DNA of 64,000 nucleotides from Octopus vulgaris (Eukaryota), in NCBI GenBank assembly GCA_951406725.2, contig OX597830.1, positions 23,622,001-23,686,000 of the forward strand. Reading direction: 5' to 3'. The notes below the pieces were generated by a model. That model saw only the letters and a list, made by a program, of their open reading frames with translations. It did no database searches and had not been told where the DNA came from. Every line of letters begins with the position of its first letter. Position 1 is the stretch's first letter. Below, in pieces: positions 29,286-44,286 of this stretch. The position numbers and the translations under genes were made by a program.

Positions 29286-29380
29286 TATTGAAGGGAGGAA
29301 TTCTATACACGCTCATATATATGCATACATACATACGTACGTACATACGTACGTACATACATACATACATACATACATAA

Positions 29381-29677
29381 ATCACGTGACCACATGACCT
29401 ACAAGGCTATCAAATGTTGCTACACATCGCTGGTCACAATGCGCTTCGCATTGTTTTAGCATTCAAATGACGCCACCCCGCTGGCTAAGCGAGCATGCAA
29501 ACAGAAGAAAGAGTGAGAGAAATTTGTTGCCAAATTGTATAGCAGCGATCGCCACCCCCTCTGCCGGAGCCTCGTGCAGCTTTAGGTGTTTTCGCTCAAT
29601 AAACACTCACAACGCTCGGTCTGGGAATCGAAACCGCGAGTCCGCTGCCCTAACCACTTGGCCATTGCGCCTCCACA
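29381..29677 (-). mobile_element. SINE family C
   Basis: Reverse complement of 24634-24930. Confidence 0.85.
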
Positions 29678-29951
29678 CATACATAAATATATATTATAAA
29701 TAAACCAACTGGAAATAAACATAAAGTTTGAATGTTCAAATTCTCCATTCTCCTTATTATCAATATTGTACTTTACACTCTCAGTAACCAAGAAATAAAC
29801 TGTAACTTCGCATGGGAATTAAAGGAAGTTTACCATAAAACGCACCATCTGAAGGAACCAGTCTTGGCATTTTATATGGAGAAATTCGGTATGTGCCTGG
29901 ATATTTTATCCCACCTCTTACTATACATACGAACATACATACATACATACA

Positions 29952-30019
<68 letters not shown>

Positions 30020-30127
30020 AGATATATATAGGGTAGCGAATATTCTTAGAAATTTCTCTACCAGTGGCCTAGCATATATAAAAAGTCAATAGACTACATA
30101 TTCTCAATATAAAATAGTGTATATTGA

Positions 30128-30185
<58 letters not shown>

Positions 30186-30999
30186 ATGTGTGTGTGTGTG
30201 TGCGTGTGTGTGTGTGTGTGTGTGCGCGCGCGCGCGTGTGGGTGTGTTAGAGAATGGAATAAGCACAGCTAGAGCACATACGAAGACTGAAAGTGTCTTT
30301 GAGGAGGTCAGAGTTGTGTGACGAAAGATTTGTGGATAATGGATATGAGTTAAATTAAGTAATTTAACAGTAATAAACGAGTGAAGAACGAATATATCGT
30401 GCGTGTGTGTATTTGGCAAAAAAAAATAAAGTCGAAAATGACCACCCCGAAATGCAACAATAAATAAATATATAAAAATATATATAAATAATATAAGTGA
30501 GAGGGGAAGAGAAAGGAGAAGGAGATTCATATAGGAAAGGCATGTTATCACTGTTTTGATTTGATAATGATGATAATGGTTATAATAGTGATAAGAGTAA
30601 CTGACGGCAAGGTATCTTCTGGACACGAGAGAACGGCAACAATAGCGAAAATGATGATGACGATGATGATGACGACGACGCCGCCTCCGTTTTCTTTATT
30701 TAAGCACTAAGGATTGACAAAACCATTGAGGACAGTACAAGACGATGCCGCGTGGGATTAGATAAAAGTTCCTGTAAAAATATAAAATAACAAAATCGAA
30801 GAAACTGAAGGCTTAAGCGAGCTGCAGACGTGGTTGTGGGGGTGAGAAAGTTTGCTTACCTACAAAATGGTTCCGGGTCTAACTTTTGTTCATTGTCACC
30901 GTTGTCCACTCATACGTCTGTTTATCATCAGCGACAATGCCTAAAGACGCCATGGTGTGGTTGTTTGCCGCAGGTTTGACCTCCTAACCGTTAGAACAT

Positions 31000-31725
31000 G
31001 TTTCTTATTTCTATACTACCCATAAGGGGCTACACACAGAGGGGACAGACAAGGACAGATAAACGGATTAAGTCGATTATATCGACCCCAGTGCGTAACT
31101 GGTACTTATTTAATCGACCACGAAAGGAACAAAGGCAAAGTCGACCTCGGCGGAATTTGAACTCAGAACCTAACGGCAGACGAAATACCTATTTCTTTAC
31201 TGTCCACAAGAGGCTACACACAGAGAGGACAAACGGATTAAGTCGATTATATCGTCCCCAGTGCGTAACTGGTACTTATTTAATCGACCCCGAAAGGGTA
31301 AAGGCAAAGTTGACCTCGGCGGAATTTGAACTCAGAACGTAGACACGAAACAGAACACATTTCCCCAACTCTCTAATACGATTAGATGTTTCATAGAGAA
31401 TATATGGCGGTCAGGAAGTTGTAGACACTTCTGCTCAACGTTTGACATCGAACGTTCTGCCAATTTTAAAGTGAAACTAACCGCCTTGCTTCTAAGTTCT
31501 CTCAGAGTTTCTTAGGGCTAAACATAGAGGGGACAAACAAGGGCAGACAAAGTAATTAAGACGATTACATCGACTCCAGTGCGTAACTGGTACTTAATTT
31601 ATCGACCCCGAAAGGATGAAAGGCAAAGTCGACCTCGGCGAAATTTGAACTCAGAATGTAACGGCAGACGAAATACCGCTAGCAATTTCGCCCGGCGTGC
31701 TAACGTTTCTGCCAGCTCCCCGCCT
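31000..31725 (-). mobile_element. SINE family M copies (31000-31345 dimer; 31515-31725 monomer)
   Basis: Family M body and tail on the minus strand. Confidence 0.85.
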
Positions 31726-32059
31726 TCTTCTTTCGGGGTTTCTACCCATCTGCAAGTCTTATCTGAACCAAACTTTTAACACCTTAACCGAGCGCATGCC
31801 AATCATTAGACGACGCTATTCCACATATTCGTCTCTCAAGGTTCCGATACACAAGTTCACGTCGTGGCGCTGCTTAATGAATGCTTTCTGGGATTTCTGC
31901 CTTATGTTGCCGACCACCTCGAGTTTCGATGTATGCAACACAATGACGGTCACGCCGTACCATTTGAACGGATGCTTATCAACATCTCCAGCATCCACAA
32001 TTAGAGTTCAAGCTAAAACATACGGAAAAGTCGAGTGGGGGAATCTTTGCTCGACCAAG

Positions 32060-32964
32060 CATACTCCATTTCTTCCTTTTCTTCGTTCCTCCATTCTCTC
32101 CATTCCTTACATATTCTCTTTATTCCTACTCTTCTTGTCTTTCTTCCTTCTGTTCTTTCTTCTCTTTCTTTTACCCCTTTCTATCTTTCTGTTTTCTTTC
32201 CTTCTTTCTTTCTTTTTTTCTTTCTTCCTTTCTTTCTTTCTTTCATTCTGTCTTTCTTCCTTTCCTTCTTTCTTTTTCTTTCTTTCTTTCATTCTTTCTT
32301 CCTTTTCTTTCTTCCTCTTCTTTCTTCCTTTCTTTCTTCCTTTTCTTTCTTTCTTTCCTTCCTTCTTTTCTTTCTTTTTCCTATTCGTCCTGTCTTTCTT
32401 TGATTGTTTGTTTAATTGTTTGTTTGTTTCTTCGTTCGTTCGTTCGTTCGTTCGTTCCTTCTTACCTTCCATCCTTCCTCCCTTCTTCCCTCTTCCTTCT
32501 TTCTCTCCCTCCTTTCTTTCCATCCTTCCTCCTCCCTACCTTTTTCTTTCGTTCTTTCTTTCTTTTTTCTTTTCCTTCATTCATTCCTTCATTTTTCCCT
32601 TCTTTTCTTACTTTATTTCTTTATTTATTTATTCTTTTCTTTCTTTCTTCTATTTTTACTTCCTTTAATTCTTTCTTCCATTCTTTCTGTCTTACTTGAT
32701 TGTTTGTTTGTTTCGTTCCTTCGTTCCTTCGTTCCTTCCTCCCTCCCTTCCACCCTTCTTCCCTTCCTTCCCTCCTTCCTTCTTTCCCTCCATCTTTTCT
32801 TTCTTTCTCCCTTTCTTTCTTTCTTTCTTTCCCTCCATCCTTTCTTTCTTTCTTCCCTTCCTTCCTCCTTTCCTTTCGTTCGTTTCCAACTCAATCCTTC
32901 ACTGCTTTTGTTTGTTCCAACACGCTTTCTCTCCACTCCCTGCCTCCCTACTTTACATCTTTTC

Positions 32965-33000
<36 letters not shown>

Positions 33001-33017
33001 TTTCACACACACACGAA

Positions 33018-33095
<78 letters not shown>
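32060..33095. repeat. Polypyrimidine (TTTC/TTCC) tract followed by (CA)n(CT)n
   Basis: About 1 kb of strongly strand-biased low-complexity sequence. Confidence 0.9.
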
Positions 33096-33100
<5 letters not shown>

Positions 33101-33479
33101 GTTTGTATGTAAAGGGATGGTCAGGGTGTCGAAAGTGATTGAACGAGGCTGTCTAAACTTACAATCCCAAAAAGATTTCGAAAGCATATTTAGATAAAAT
33201 CTCAAAGTTTTTGCGTTGTTGACAGAATTATTTCTACACTATTCTCAGGACGTGAGCGCGTGTATGAGTGTGTGTGCGTGTGTGTGCGTGCGTGTGTGAG
33301 TGTGCATCTGTGTGCGTGCGTGTGCCTGTGTACTTGTATGTTTTCGAGTGTGTGTGTGTGCGTGTGTGTAGCATGAACGTGTATATTACACTGTTTTTTG
33401 TTATGTATATTTTGTGTGTATTCAGTGCTTGGTTGTGGATAAGCGCACATACCTATCTATCTCTCTATCTCGCTCCCTA

Positions 33480-33534
<55 letters not shown>

Positions 33535-33573
33535 ATATATATATCTATCTATATATATATATATATCTATCTA

Positions 33574-33613
<40 letters not shown>

Positions 33614-33618
33614 ACTAA

Positions 33619-33713
<95 letters not shown>

Positions 33714-33714
33714 A

Positions 33715-33772
<58 letters not shown>

Positions 33773-33863
33773 GTCCATCTATCTGTCCATCTGTCTGTCT
33801 ATTTGTCAGTTTGTGTGTGTGTGTATGTGTATGTATGAATAAACACAGACAGACTGGCACAGG

Positions 33864-33928
<65 letters not shown>

Positions 33929-34005
33929 CATACATACGTAAATGTCGATCAACGCGAGCAGGTGGTAAACATCGCAATGGTGGATAAATTATTTTCATCA
34001 CTGTA

Positions 34006-34041
<36 letters not shown>

Positions 34042-34084
34042 TGTATATATATATATAACAAGGTAGAATAAGATTAAATAGAAT

Positions 34085-34317
34085 TTATGTAGGTAACTTT
34101 CTCTGTATAGCCTGTCATTGAAAATGTCAACACTAGCAGATAACTTATACAATCTAAATGAAATATTTTAAATTAAATTCTTAGTGATTTCCCTAGAATG
34201 ATTACTGAATTGACTCATATGCTTAAGATTGATTGATGATTTGGGGTATGGGAAGTACGGATTGATGTGTAAGTTAAGTGTAATATCTAAAAAGTTAGCT
34301 TTCGTTACATCATCATG
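34085..34317 (-). mobile_element. Penelope-like element RT thumb fragment
   Basis: Minus strand reads TKANFLDITLNLHINPYFPYPKSSINLKHMSQFSNHSREITKNLI*NISFRLYKLS, matching the PLE pattern NFLD..L...PY.K...SNH...I..RL. Confidence 0.75.
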
Positions 34318-34539
34318 AAAAAAAGGAAACAATTCTTAACCTTTTGCATTTTTTGTATTTTAGTAATGAAGTCATGAAATGTAGTTGTAACGATATGAAC
34401 GATTTTAGTTTTAATTCAGACGGCAACACCAAACAGAGGAAGGGTTTTTACAGCGGAAGGGAGATAACCGTTATTAAGGCCCCATTTTTCATTCTAAAAG
34501 TAAATCGATGTCTTTTAAAGATAGTTACACTAAAAATAA

Positions 34540-35235
34540 GGCAACTACTAGCAAAACTATTTGGTTGATCATTCCTTATGGGAGGCAAATTAAATCTAAT
34601 CTTCCTTTCAAGCTATTATTAGGAATTTTCCAAAGAATTCTAGGTATTACTCGATTTTCAACTCACGCACGGTTAGGATTAGTTTTTCTAATGCAAAAAC
34701 CCTTTCACAAATTATCTCTTCACATAGTATTAGTCTGTTAAATAAGAATCCAATTACTGATAATAACATTAATTTAGCTAATACTAACCATCCCCCTAGA
34801 AATATTAACAACAATGTTATCTCTGAAGTCAATTCCAACAGAATTTAGTTTATGTCTAGTAATTCTAAGACTAAAAATTCTATATACCAGTGTAAAATTA
34901 CTTCCGGTACCGATGTATTTTTTTTTATATAGGTAGTTCTTCTCAGTTATCTAAAAGATTTTCTAATCATTAATCTACATTTAGGGATAGTAATAAACGG
35001 ATAGTACAGGGCTTAGTTAATTAATTTGGTTTCTGAAAGACCGTAATAAACAATTTAATTTAGATTGGCTGATTCTCTCCATTTCATTCCCATATGATAA
35101 AGGTAAAGAATTCTGCCAACTCTGTAATAGTGAACTATTTCTATTCTATTTTGTAAGAACCCCCTTGTAAACACGCTTATAGAACGTGCTTATCGATGTA
35201 AACAATGGCAGAAAGATACCTTTAGTTCATATAAG
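34540..35235 (+). mobile_element. Penelope-like element linker plus GIY-YIG endonuclease remnant
   Basis: KTIWLIIPY, FPKNSRYYSIFNSRTVRISFS, QIISSH, SIYQCKI...YIGSS, KRFSNH, LIWFLK, CQLCNSE; frameshifted. Confidence 0.8.
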
Positions 35236-35804
35236 TGCTATCTACCATTCTATATAATTTGAACATTGATTTTCTTCTGCCATTTACTTCCACTAGATAT
35301 ATCTATTTCCAAGCCTTTAAGTTTTTATTTTAATTCACATATCGCTTTATATTTCTCCTTTATTAGTTTTCTGCTTATTTCTTTCCTTTACCCCTTCTCT
35401 TTCTATAGGCTACCTTTGACGTTATATCTTCTAACGTTCATCATAATACTCATCAATCACATTCTGCTAAAGTGTCTTATTGATGAGTTTGGTTTTTTTC
35501 TTTTTCTCCCTGATGAGAAGATTACATTGTTTTACACCATTTTATTCATTTGGAATAATATCAATGTTGTCTTCGAAACAAATGTCGGAAGTAAAATAAT
35601 TTGAATAACACCTACATTTAACTCCATTTATTTATTTATATATATTATATAAAACATTTCACATTAACTCGGAGTTTCTATCTTTACAAACAGGGTGTTA
35701 CGTCCTTATTACTTGTGTGATTTTTTGCTGCCCTGGTTTATTTATATTTTCCTGTTGATTGTAATCAAGGGAAAACTGCACACATCTATATATATATACT
35801 ACAC

Positions 35805-36340
35805 AACCAACCCTGTGACTATAACTTTCCAAAAACATTCTGAATAGTCGCTTGAAAAGCACAGTAGTATATGTTATCCACTATAAACGACGAAACATCT
35901 ACATGTATAAGAGGAATACGATCCACTGCAATCCATGAAGCAAAAAGAACGTTGTATGAGGTAAACAATCTATCTCCTTTATCAAGAAAGAGAATAAACT
36001 ACATAGATCATTAAGCAAGAGCAATTTCACTTTCAGTTATTCCGTCACAAAAGCAAACAAACGTGATGATAACTGTAATTGTCAGAATTCAGTTTTGTGT
36101 CCTATGAGTTACCAGTGCATGATTAACTCTAACATGCGTTAGGGCGGTTCAACGAATAAACTAAAGAATTTAGCGGGATTCTTTTGCATTGGTTAGTGCA
36201 AAAGTATGCAAATAGAGGAACACTTTCAAACACCGTCACAAAAAAAAATACTACATCTCTCTCGAAGCACGCTTGGAGAAAGAAAGATTGGAAGGATCTA
36301 CTGATGAGGCATGATTCCAGTTATGTTGAACGTTGAAATA
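35805..36340 (+). mobile_element. Second, internally deleted Penelope-like remnant ending in a decayed hammerhead
   Basis: NKLHRSLSKSNFTFSYS, NCNCQNSVLCPMSYQC (36071-36118) and HRHKKKY, followed by CTGATGA-GGCATGA-TTCCAG-TTATGTT-GAACGTT at 36301-36334. Confidence 0.6.
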
Positions 36341-36489
36341 TAATATTGTAAATTATCAGGCATGTGGTTTGAATTTGTTTTGTTATTACATTCGAGATCA
36401 CCAGATGAGGCACTGCTGATCACATCACGTGATAGGGTGTCCTCTTGGCTTTTATTTCAACAACTACGACACAGTCTGCTGAAGTTTTA

Positions 36490-37090
36490 TCGTTTATCTT
36501 TTACGTGTTCCAGTCATTGGACTGCGGCCATGCTGTGGCAGTACCTTCAAGGATTGCAGTCGAAGACATCGAGACTAGTATTTATGTTTCTATGAAACGT
36601 TAGCACGCCGGGCGAAATGCGTAGCCGTATTTCGTCCGCCGTTACGTTCTGAGTTCAAATTCCGCCGAGGTCGACTTTACCTGTCATCCTCTCGGGGTCG
36701 ATAAATAAAGTACCAGTTATGCACTGGGGTCGATGTAATCGACTTAATCCCTTTGTCTGTCCTTGTTTGTCCCCTCTATGTTTAGCCCTTTGTGGGCAGT
36801 AAAGAAATATATGCTATTTGGGGTCTTTTACTATTGGGATCTTTTGACAAACTTCGGGAACGTAAAGAAACAGTACCGCTTGTCAAGCGGGGTGGGGCGG
36901 GTGACAAACACACATACAGACGGGTCTCCATAGTGTGGACGAGGCACCTCCGTAGTTTCCATCTACCAAATTCTCTCACAGAATATTGGTGTATCTGAAG
37001 CTGTAGTAGAAGACACTCGCCCAAGATGCTGTACAGTGGAACTGAACCCGATACCTCGTGCATGCAAACAAGCTTCTTAACCACACGGCC
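36490..37090. mobile_element. SINE family B (-) interrupted by SINE family M (+, 36594-36810)
   Basis: The family B tail and head flank a family M copy. Confidence 0.75.
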
Positions 37091-37529
37091 ATGCATGTCT
37101 TTGTAGTTATATTTCATTTCATGAGAACGTATTGAGTACTTTGGTGTTTTAAACACACAACAAACACCAGAATCTAACCAAATAGCTTCCAACACGCGTG
37201 CAGACACGCACACACGAACGCACGCACACACACATACATAGGCACACACACAAACGCACACATAGACACACACACACACACACACACAAACACACACATA
37301 TCCACAAAAGGAAATAAAGAACAAAGAATTCTGTTTCCCTGGATACATACAGTGACAACGCAAAAGACATTGAACATTCGAGACAAAGAAGATTTGGCAT
37401 TCATCTACATATTGTCTTTATGGAAATATATACATCCTTTTGTAAGTTTATTTTTAGGCCTGCATATTTCGAACCCTTGCCGATGCATAATACTGTGCAC
37501 TTATTTATCCACACACACATATATATACA

Positions 37530-37982
37530 TGTATGTATGTATGTATGTATGTATGTATGTATGTATGTATGTATGTATGTATGTATGTATGTATTTATGT
37601 ATGTATGTATTTATGTACGTATCTATGTATGTATGTCTGTATGTATTTATGTATTTATGCATGTATGTATGTACGTACGTATATATGCATGTATTTATGT
37701 ATGTATGTATGTATGTATGTATGTATGTATGTATGTATGTATGTACGTATGTATGTATGTATGTATTTATGTATGTATGTATTTATGTATGTATGTATGT
37801 ATGTATGTATGTATGTACGTATGTATGTATGCATGTATGTATGTATGTATGTATGTATGTATGAATGTATGTATGTATGTATGTATGTATGTATTTATGT
37901 ATGTATTTATGTATGCATGTATGTATTTATGCATTTATGTATGCATGTATGTATGTATGTATGTATGTATGTATGTATGTAT
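37530..37982. repeat. (TATG)n microsatellite
   Basis: About 450-bp run. Confidence 0.95.
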
Positions 37983-38205
37983 TTGTAAGTATACACATGG
38001 ATAGATAGCTTCACGCTGACACACCACAGAATAACTCCTACGCTCACACAGGCGCATTCCAACATACACCCAGATGCACTTACATGCATACAGGGACGTG
38101 AGCACACTCAGACGAGCACACAAGAGGCGTACAAAAGAATCCACACCGTTACACATCCCGTACTCACAGATACACATACACTCGTGCATTGACACATACA
38201 GATAT

Positions 38206-38285
<80 letters not shown>

Positions 38286-38683
38286 GTGTGTGTGTGTAAA
38301 TATACACGCACATTCACACACACACGTATACATAGAGATATGTATAGTCGTTACCACCTCAGCGTGGTTGTTCCCTACATAGGTATATATACATACATAT
38401 ACATGTGTATATATATATATATATGCATATACATATATATTTATATATATACATACATATATATATTTGTCTATATATGTATGCATATATATGTTTATAA
38501 ATATGTATATGTGTATATATAGATACTCACACACACTTATATATATATATGTACATATGTATGTGTGTATATGTATGTATATAAGCTATATATGCATAGA
38601 TGTATTATGCATATATTTATATAATATATATGTATATATATATAGAGAGAGAGATAGGGAGATATATACACGCACACAGATAT

Positions 38684-38736
<53 letters not shown>

Positions 38737-40639
38737 ATGTATCTATACATACGCGTTACAGACATACACATATACGTGTATACGTATACGTGCTTGCATG
38801 TATGTGTGTTTGTATGTGCGTATATTCGTGTATGCATTTAAGTATGAATGCATGTGTTTGCGCATATGTGTATGTATAAGATTCTATAGTATATATCCAT
38901 CATTGGAAATTGCTGCCAAAGTCGCTTTATCCAACTAATCCCTGCCAACAAATAAGTAGATTGCTGCAAAGTAGCTTCCTCATTATGTTATCGGTTATAG
39001 TCAAAAATATTCTGTGAGATGAAACAGAGTCGAAAGACAGCAATGGAAATAATATAACACACTAGAAGCAAAGGAGCTAAATATAAATGAAGACATCTTT
39101 GCATATATATATACTCAGGATATGGCTAGATATGATATATAATTGACCAATTAGAAATATCTTGCAGTGTCCTTTAGCCAGTCAAAATGTTCTTTCGAGT
39201 CATTATTTATTTGCCTCAAAGAAAGAAACAATACAAAGCGCCTGCTTGGCAACGAGGGTAGGTTACGTGGGTGACTGACCAAGCTAAAAATAGCAGCCAA
39301 ACCTTCCTTATATCAAGTATTATATCAAGTATAGCACATTTCTTCCTCGCCATTCTTTGCCTTGCTTGAAACAAAGAAACCATGCAAAGCGCCTAATTAG
39401 AAAACGAGGGTAGAATAATGCAGGTGACCGGCTAACTAAAAATAACAGCCAAATCTTTCGTGTATGAAGCCCGGCTGTTTTGAGTAAAGAGCAAATAAAA
39501 CGATTTATTCTTGGATGACAGATGTGTGACATATAAAAGAACTGAATGGCCCAGTCTGGAACGTTCCCCTTCATGAGTCTGCTGGTCAAAGCAGACAAAT
39601 TATGTGTATACCCATAAATAAAACGTTACTTTTTGTAAACAAAGAAATATTTATCAGATCAGTGGTTTCAAACTTTTTCTTTTAGCTAAGGCCCCTACTC
39701 AATGGAATCCTTAATTTTTCTGTGTCTCTTAGACATTATTAATGAAAAAAATGTCTTCGATTTTGTAATAAATGGTTAATAAAAATTGGTCACTTTTGAA
39801 AAAAAAAAAAAAAAAACAACCTTTAATTAAAAATTATGTTTGCAGAATTCATCAAATGATAAGGAAATTGTTATATTAATTGTTTTAAATTAGTTTTATT
39901 ATCGTGAAATTTATTTTTATGAATTTTTAAAAACTGATAATTTGTTATGAAAGCAATTCCTGAACAGAAAATTATTATAATTAATAAACATTTAAAAAGA
40001 ATAATTTTTTTCAAAGGTGACCTGTTTTCTGCTATTAACATAATAAACTCCATAAAAATATCATTGTCTATTAATTGCACATTTACTCTTTATTATTATT
40101 CTATTTTACAAAAAGAAAATATATTTTTTGGGTTCAATAAAACAAACATTTATAATCACACATTATTATTTTTCTATGGCACACGTAATGAAAAGCTTTT
40201 GTTGATGCCAAGAAAATTAATATCTTCCAAGAAATGATTACTTCTTGTGCAGAAAAAGAATATATTTTAACAAAATTTTAAAAAATAAGAATAAAAAAAA
40301 CATTACATTTTTATAGCATTTTTTCAGTGGGATCCTTGTGGCCGATGCAGTTCCACAAGATTTTCAATATCAGGGCCCGTGGTTGTTAGAAACAAACGAA
40401 AATCAACTCTGCTTACAGTTTCTAAACAATTGAGACCTTTTGATTGTAAAACAACAACAAAAAAAAAAAACACTCAACGAATACGTAACAAGACTCCCAC
40501 AAAGTATAAAGTAGAAAGGGTCATGAAATATAAGTTTACTTCCGGCCGAAGCAATGCGAATCTCATAGCAAGTTCACTGCATGTCCAGAAGTTAATGAGC
40601 CCATAATTAAATTATAGTCCCATATATATTGATACATAT

Positions 40640-40915
40640 GTTGCATTTGTCCCAAATGGATCTCCTACTTGCAATATTCATTTTCTGGAGATCTTTGAAA
40701 CCAATTTTCCATATCATTGTGCAATTCTTCACGTGCTCAGTGTACACTAAAACATCTTCTTGCTGATCTTCCTTGATAATGGCAGGGGTTGGAATATGCA
40801 TCAACTCCTTACGCGCAATTCTGGACAGATTAAGTTTTCCTGGGAAAACTCTAATAGAATATGTAACATTTGCAGCTAGGATTTCTTCTCCAAGATGCAT
40901 TTCATTTAGAAACAT
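40640..40915 (-). mobile_element. Possible hAT (SCAND3/Charlie-like) transposase remnant
   Basis: FLNEMHL...IRVFPGKLNL...VYTEHVKN...FKDLQKMNI resembles the hAT C-terminal region. Confidence 0.4.
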
Positions 40916-41212
40916 TATAACACTGACGCAAAATTCAAAGAAACGATGCAGGTAAGACCATTACAGATTATCATAGGGTGTAGGAAAGTCAAAGTGGTTA
41001 CATAACATTGAATTTATACAAGAATTTCCATTGCCAACTTGATAATTTATTCATCAATGATAATTTATTATGGAAGCATCAATGGAACACTCTCTTATTT
41101 TTTCTACCCCGATGGAACCTAAGGCATGGAAAATGCGTTGTGTATGTGCGTGTGGGTGTGTGTGTGTTTATGTAGGTTTTGTATGAAAAGTTTAAAGAAC
41201 TACAGACATTAA

Positions 41213-41630
41213 TGGCTTTATAATGGCATAGTTCTACCAAGAGTTCTGTATCCTAGTGAGACACGGGGGAGCACTGTGAAAATCGGCAGAAAGCTAGATG
41301 TTTTCCATCAAAGATGCTCGGAAAGGATTCTGAGAACGTACAAGCAAGACCATATAAACAAGACGTTCCAAAGAGAGTTAATATAAGACCACTTAGCGAA
41401 ATCATCACAGAACGAAGATTGAAACTAGCGGGTCATATACTTCGGTTATCAGAACAATGCCGTTATAAAACAGGTTCCAAACGGACATCGCTAGAGGGAA
41501 AAAGAAAGAGAAGACCTAAACTACCTGAAGCTGAACATTCATAACCGACATGAGAGAGATACAGAGAAAACAACAGCCAACAGAAATTAGTGGCATCAAC
41601 TTGCTTCCCAATGTGCTCGAGGGCACAAGA
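41213..41630 (+). mobile_element. RTE-like LINE C-terminal fragment
   Basis: LYNGIVLPRVLYPSET, KLDVFHQRC, RPLSEIITERRLKLAGHILRL and EGKRKRRPK. Confidence 0.75.
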
Positions 41631-42549
41631 GAAAATGACACCGTTACAGACAGTAATAGCAAATTTTATGAAGAAACAGAATGGTAGTTATACGAACGTC
41701 TTTCTGAGCCTCTGTCTGCTCGCCCTCCTAATTCTAAAATTTTTCTTTGGATCCAACGAATTTTGCCATTGCCACAGATCTGGAAAGACAATGTAGGCCT
41801 GGCTTTACAAAAATACAGGACCACATTCGTCTGGAATATCTTTGTTAATAAGTCAACTCGCTTACTGCTCAGCTGCTTTTCTTTCGGCTATTTCAATTCC
41901 ACCTTGGTTGACTTTACCTTTTATCCATTCGAGGTTGATAAAATAAAGTATCAATCAAGTACTGTGACTAATGCAATCAACTGACCTCACCTCCCATCAA
42001 AACTGATTGCTTTGTGCTAAAATTAGAGAGAATTAGAAAGAATATAAAGGATTAACTATATACAAAATATTTCTTTCTACTCTAGACAGAAGGCCTGAAA
42101 TTTAGATTGACCCCTGTACACAACTGGTACTTAATTTATCAACCCCGAAAGGATGAAAGGCAAAGTTGACTTCGGTGGAATTTGAACTCAGAATGCAAAG
42201 ACAGACGAAATAACGCTATGCATTTCGCCAATTCCACGTCTTACTATGTACAAAATATTACAATCTTCCTGGTATATGAGTCAGTTGCACGTGGTACTGG
42301 TTGCAGGGCCGCCTTCCCAGCATTATAAGCCTCAAGGAAAAATCAATGCCTTGGGCCCTATAGCATATATTTACAAGCAGCAAACTATATGCATAGATTA
42401 ACATTGGGCTGCTAGACTCGTGATGTCCCCAGTGTACCCATGTTTTAAAATGGCGCTGATAGGCCGAGCCCTCAAAGCACGAACATCAAAACGTACAAAG
42501 GAACAGAACCAGCAACATGGAGGTACATCAGCATAATCGTAGCCGAGGA

Positions 42550-42897
42550 TACTGCTGCTGAGACCCTCTCGGTCATGACTGACCATGGGATTGCACCTAG
42601 AAAGTTACACTCGCAGGCACAAATCTGGGCAAGGTTGTTTATGGAAGACCAGCAGTCGCCCATGTATACCGGCCTCCGCTCTCCACGCCACCAGTGTTAT
42701 CCAGGGGAAAGGCAAAGGGGCCAAAGCAGCTTGGCACCTGTGACGTCGCAATTCATGTCTACAGCTGAGTGAACTGGAAGAAGGTGAAATAAAGTGTCTT
42801 GCTCAAGAACACTACACGCAGCCCGGTCCGGGATTCGAAATCACAACCTTACGATCGTAAGCTCGACACTCTAACCACTGAGCCATGCGCCTTCACA
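42550..42897 (-). mobile_element. SINE with family D-like head and CORE-like segment but a different tail
   Basis: Head CTAACCACTGAGCCATGCGCCTTCAC and AAAGTGTCTTGCTCAAG on the plus strand; tail unrelated to the 43027 copy. Confidence 0.7.
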
Positions 42898-43026
42898 TAA
42901 CGAGGATAATAGACAAGATTATCTCCATATATCTAAATCAATTAATCACTCGACTAAACAATGAAATTATATTCAATCCCTTTTACTTTTACTCTCACAC
43001 CATCTCTTTCAATGTATATATATATG

Positions 43027-43345
43027 TGAGGGCGCGTGGCTTAGTGGTTAGGGCATTCGGCTCATGATCGTAAGGTTGTGAGTTCGATTCCCGGCGACGC
43101 GTTGTGTCCTTGAGCAAGACACTTTATTTCACGTTGCTCCAGTCCACTCAGCTGGCAAAAATGAGTTGTACTTGTATTTCAAAGGGTCAGCCTTGTCACT
43201 CTCTGTGTCACGCTGATTATCCCCGAGAACTACGTTAAGGGTACACGTGTCTGTAGAATGCTCAGCCATTTGCACGTTAATTTCACGAGCAAGCTGTTCT
43301 GTTGATCGTATCAGCTGGGACCCTCGTCGTCGTAACCGGCGGAGT
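43027..43345 (+). mobile_element. SINE family D, full length
   Basis: GGCGCGTGGCTTAGTGGTTAGG (A box), GAGTTCGATTCC (B box) and GTCCTTGAGCAAGACACTT (CORE-like). Confidence 0.88.
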
Positions 43346-43346
43346 C

Positions 43347-43404
<58 letters not shown>

Positions 43405-43441
43405 GTGTTTATATATATGCAAATGTATAAATGTATATATA

Positions 43442-43473
<32 letters not shown>

Positions 43474-43794
43474 CGTGTGTGGGGGGTATGTATGTATACG
43501 TAAATACACTCACACGCATATATATGTAGTTGTATGTATATGAATGCATGTGTGTGTATGTGCTTCTGTGAGTCTTTGTACGTATGTGTATAAGCGTATG
43601 CATGTATCTATGCGTGTGCGAAGTAATTAAATTATGATTTAGAGTGGATAAGTTAATGGCGCGCTTAAGCCAAAGGAATCCAAACAAGATACATCACTCA
43701 ACCGGTTTGTTAAAGTGGGGGAATTCACCATGTGAGTGACTAGGTTAATCTGGTGAGGGAGATGGTGGAACAATATGTACACATAATATATGTA

Positions 43795-44286
<492 letters not shown>

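Noticed and set aside
31340-32050. Possible ancient RTE remnant between SINEs
   Set aside because: Motif resemblance too weak to call.
34040-35640. AT-rich region first suspected to be a mitochondrial insertion
   Set aside because: Translations match Penelope RT and GIY-YIG motifs, not mitochondrial genes.
43027-43100. tRNA gene candidates in SINE heads (also 11364 and 24634)
   Set aside because: A and B boxes are present but run into SINE bodies; I could not build a full cloverleaf.
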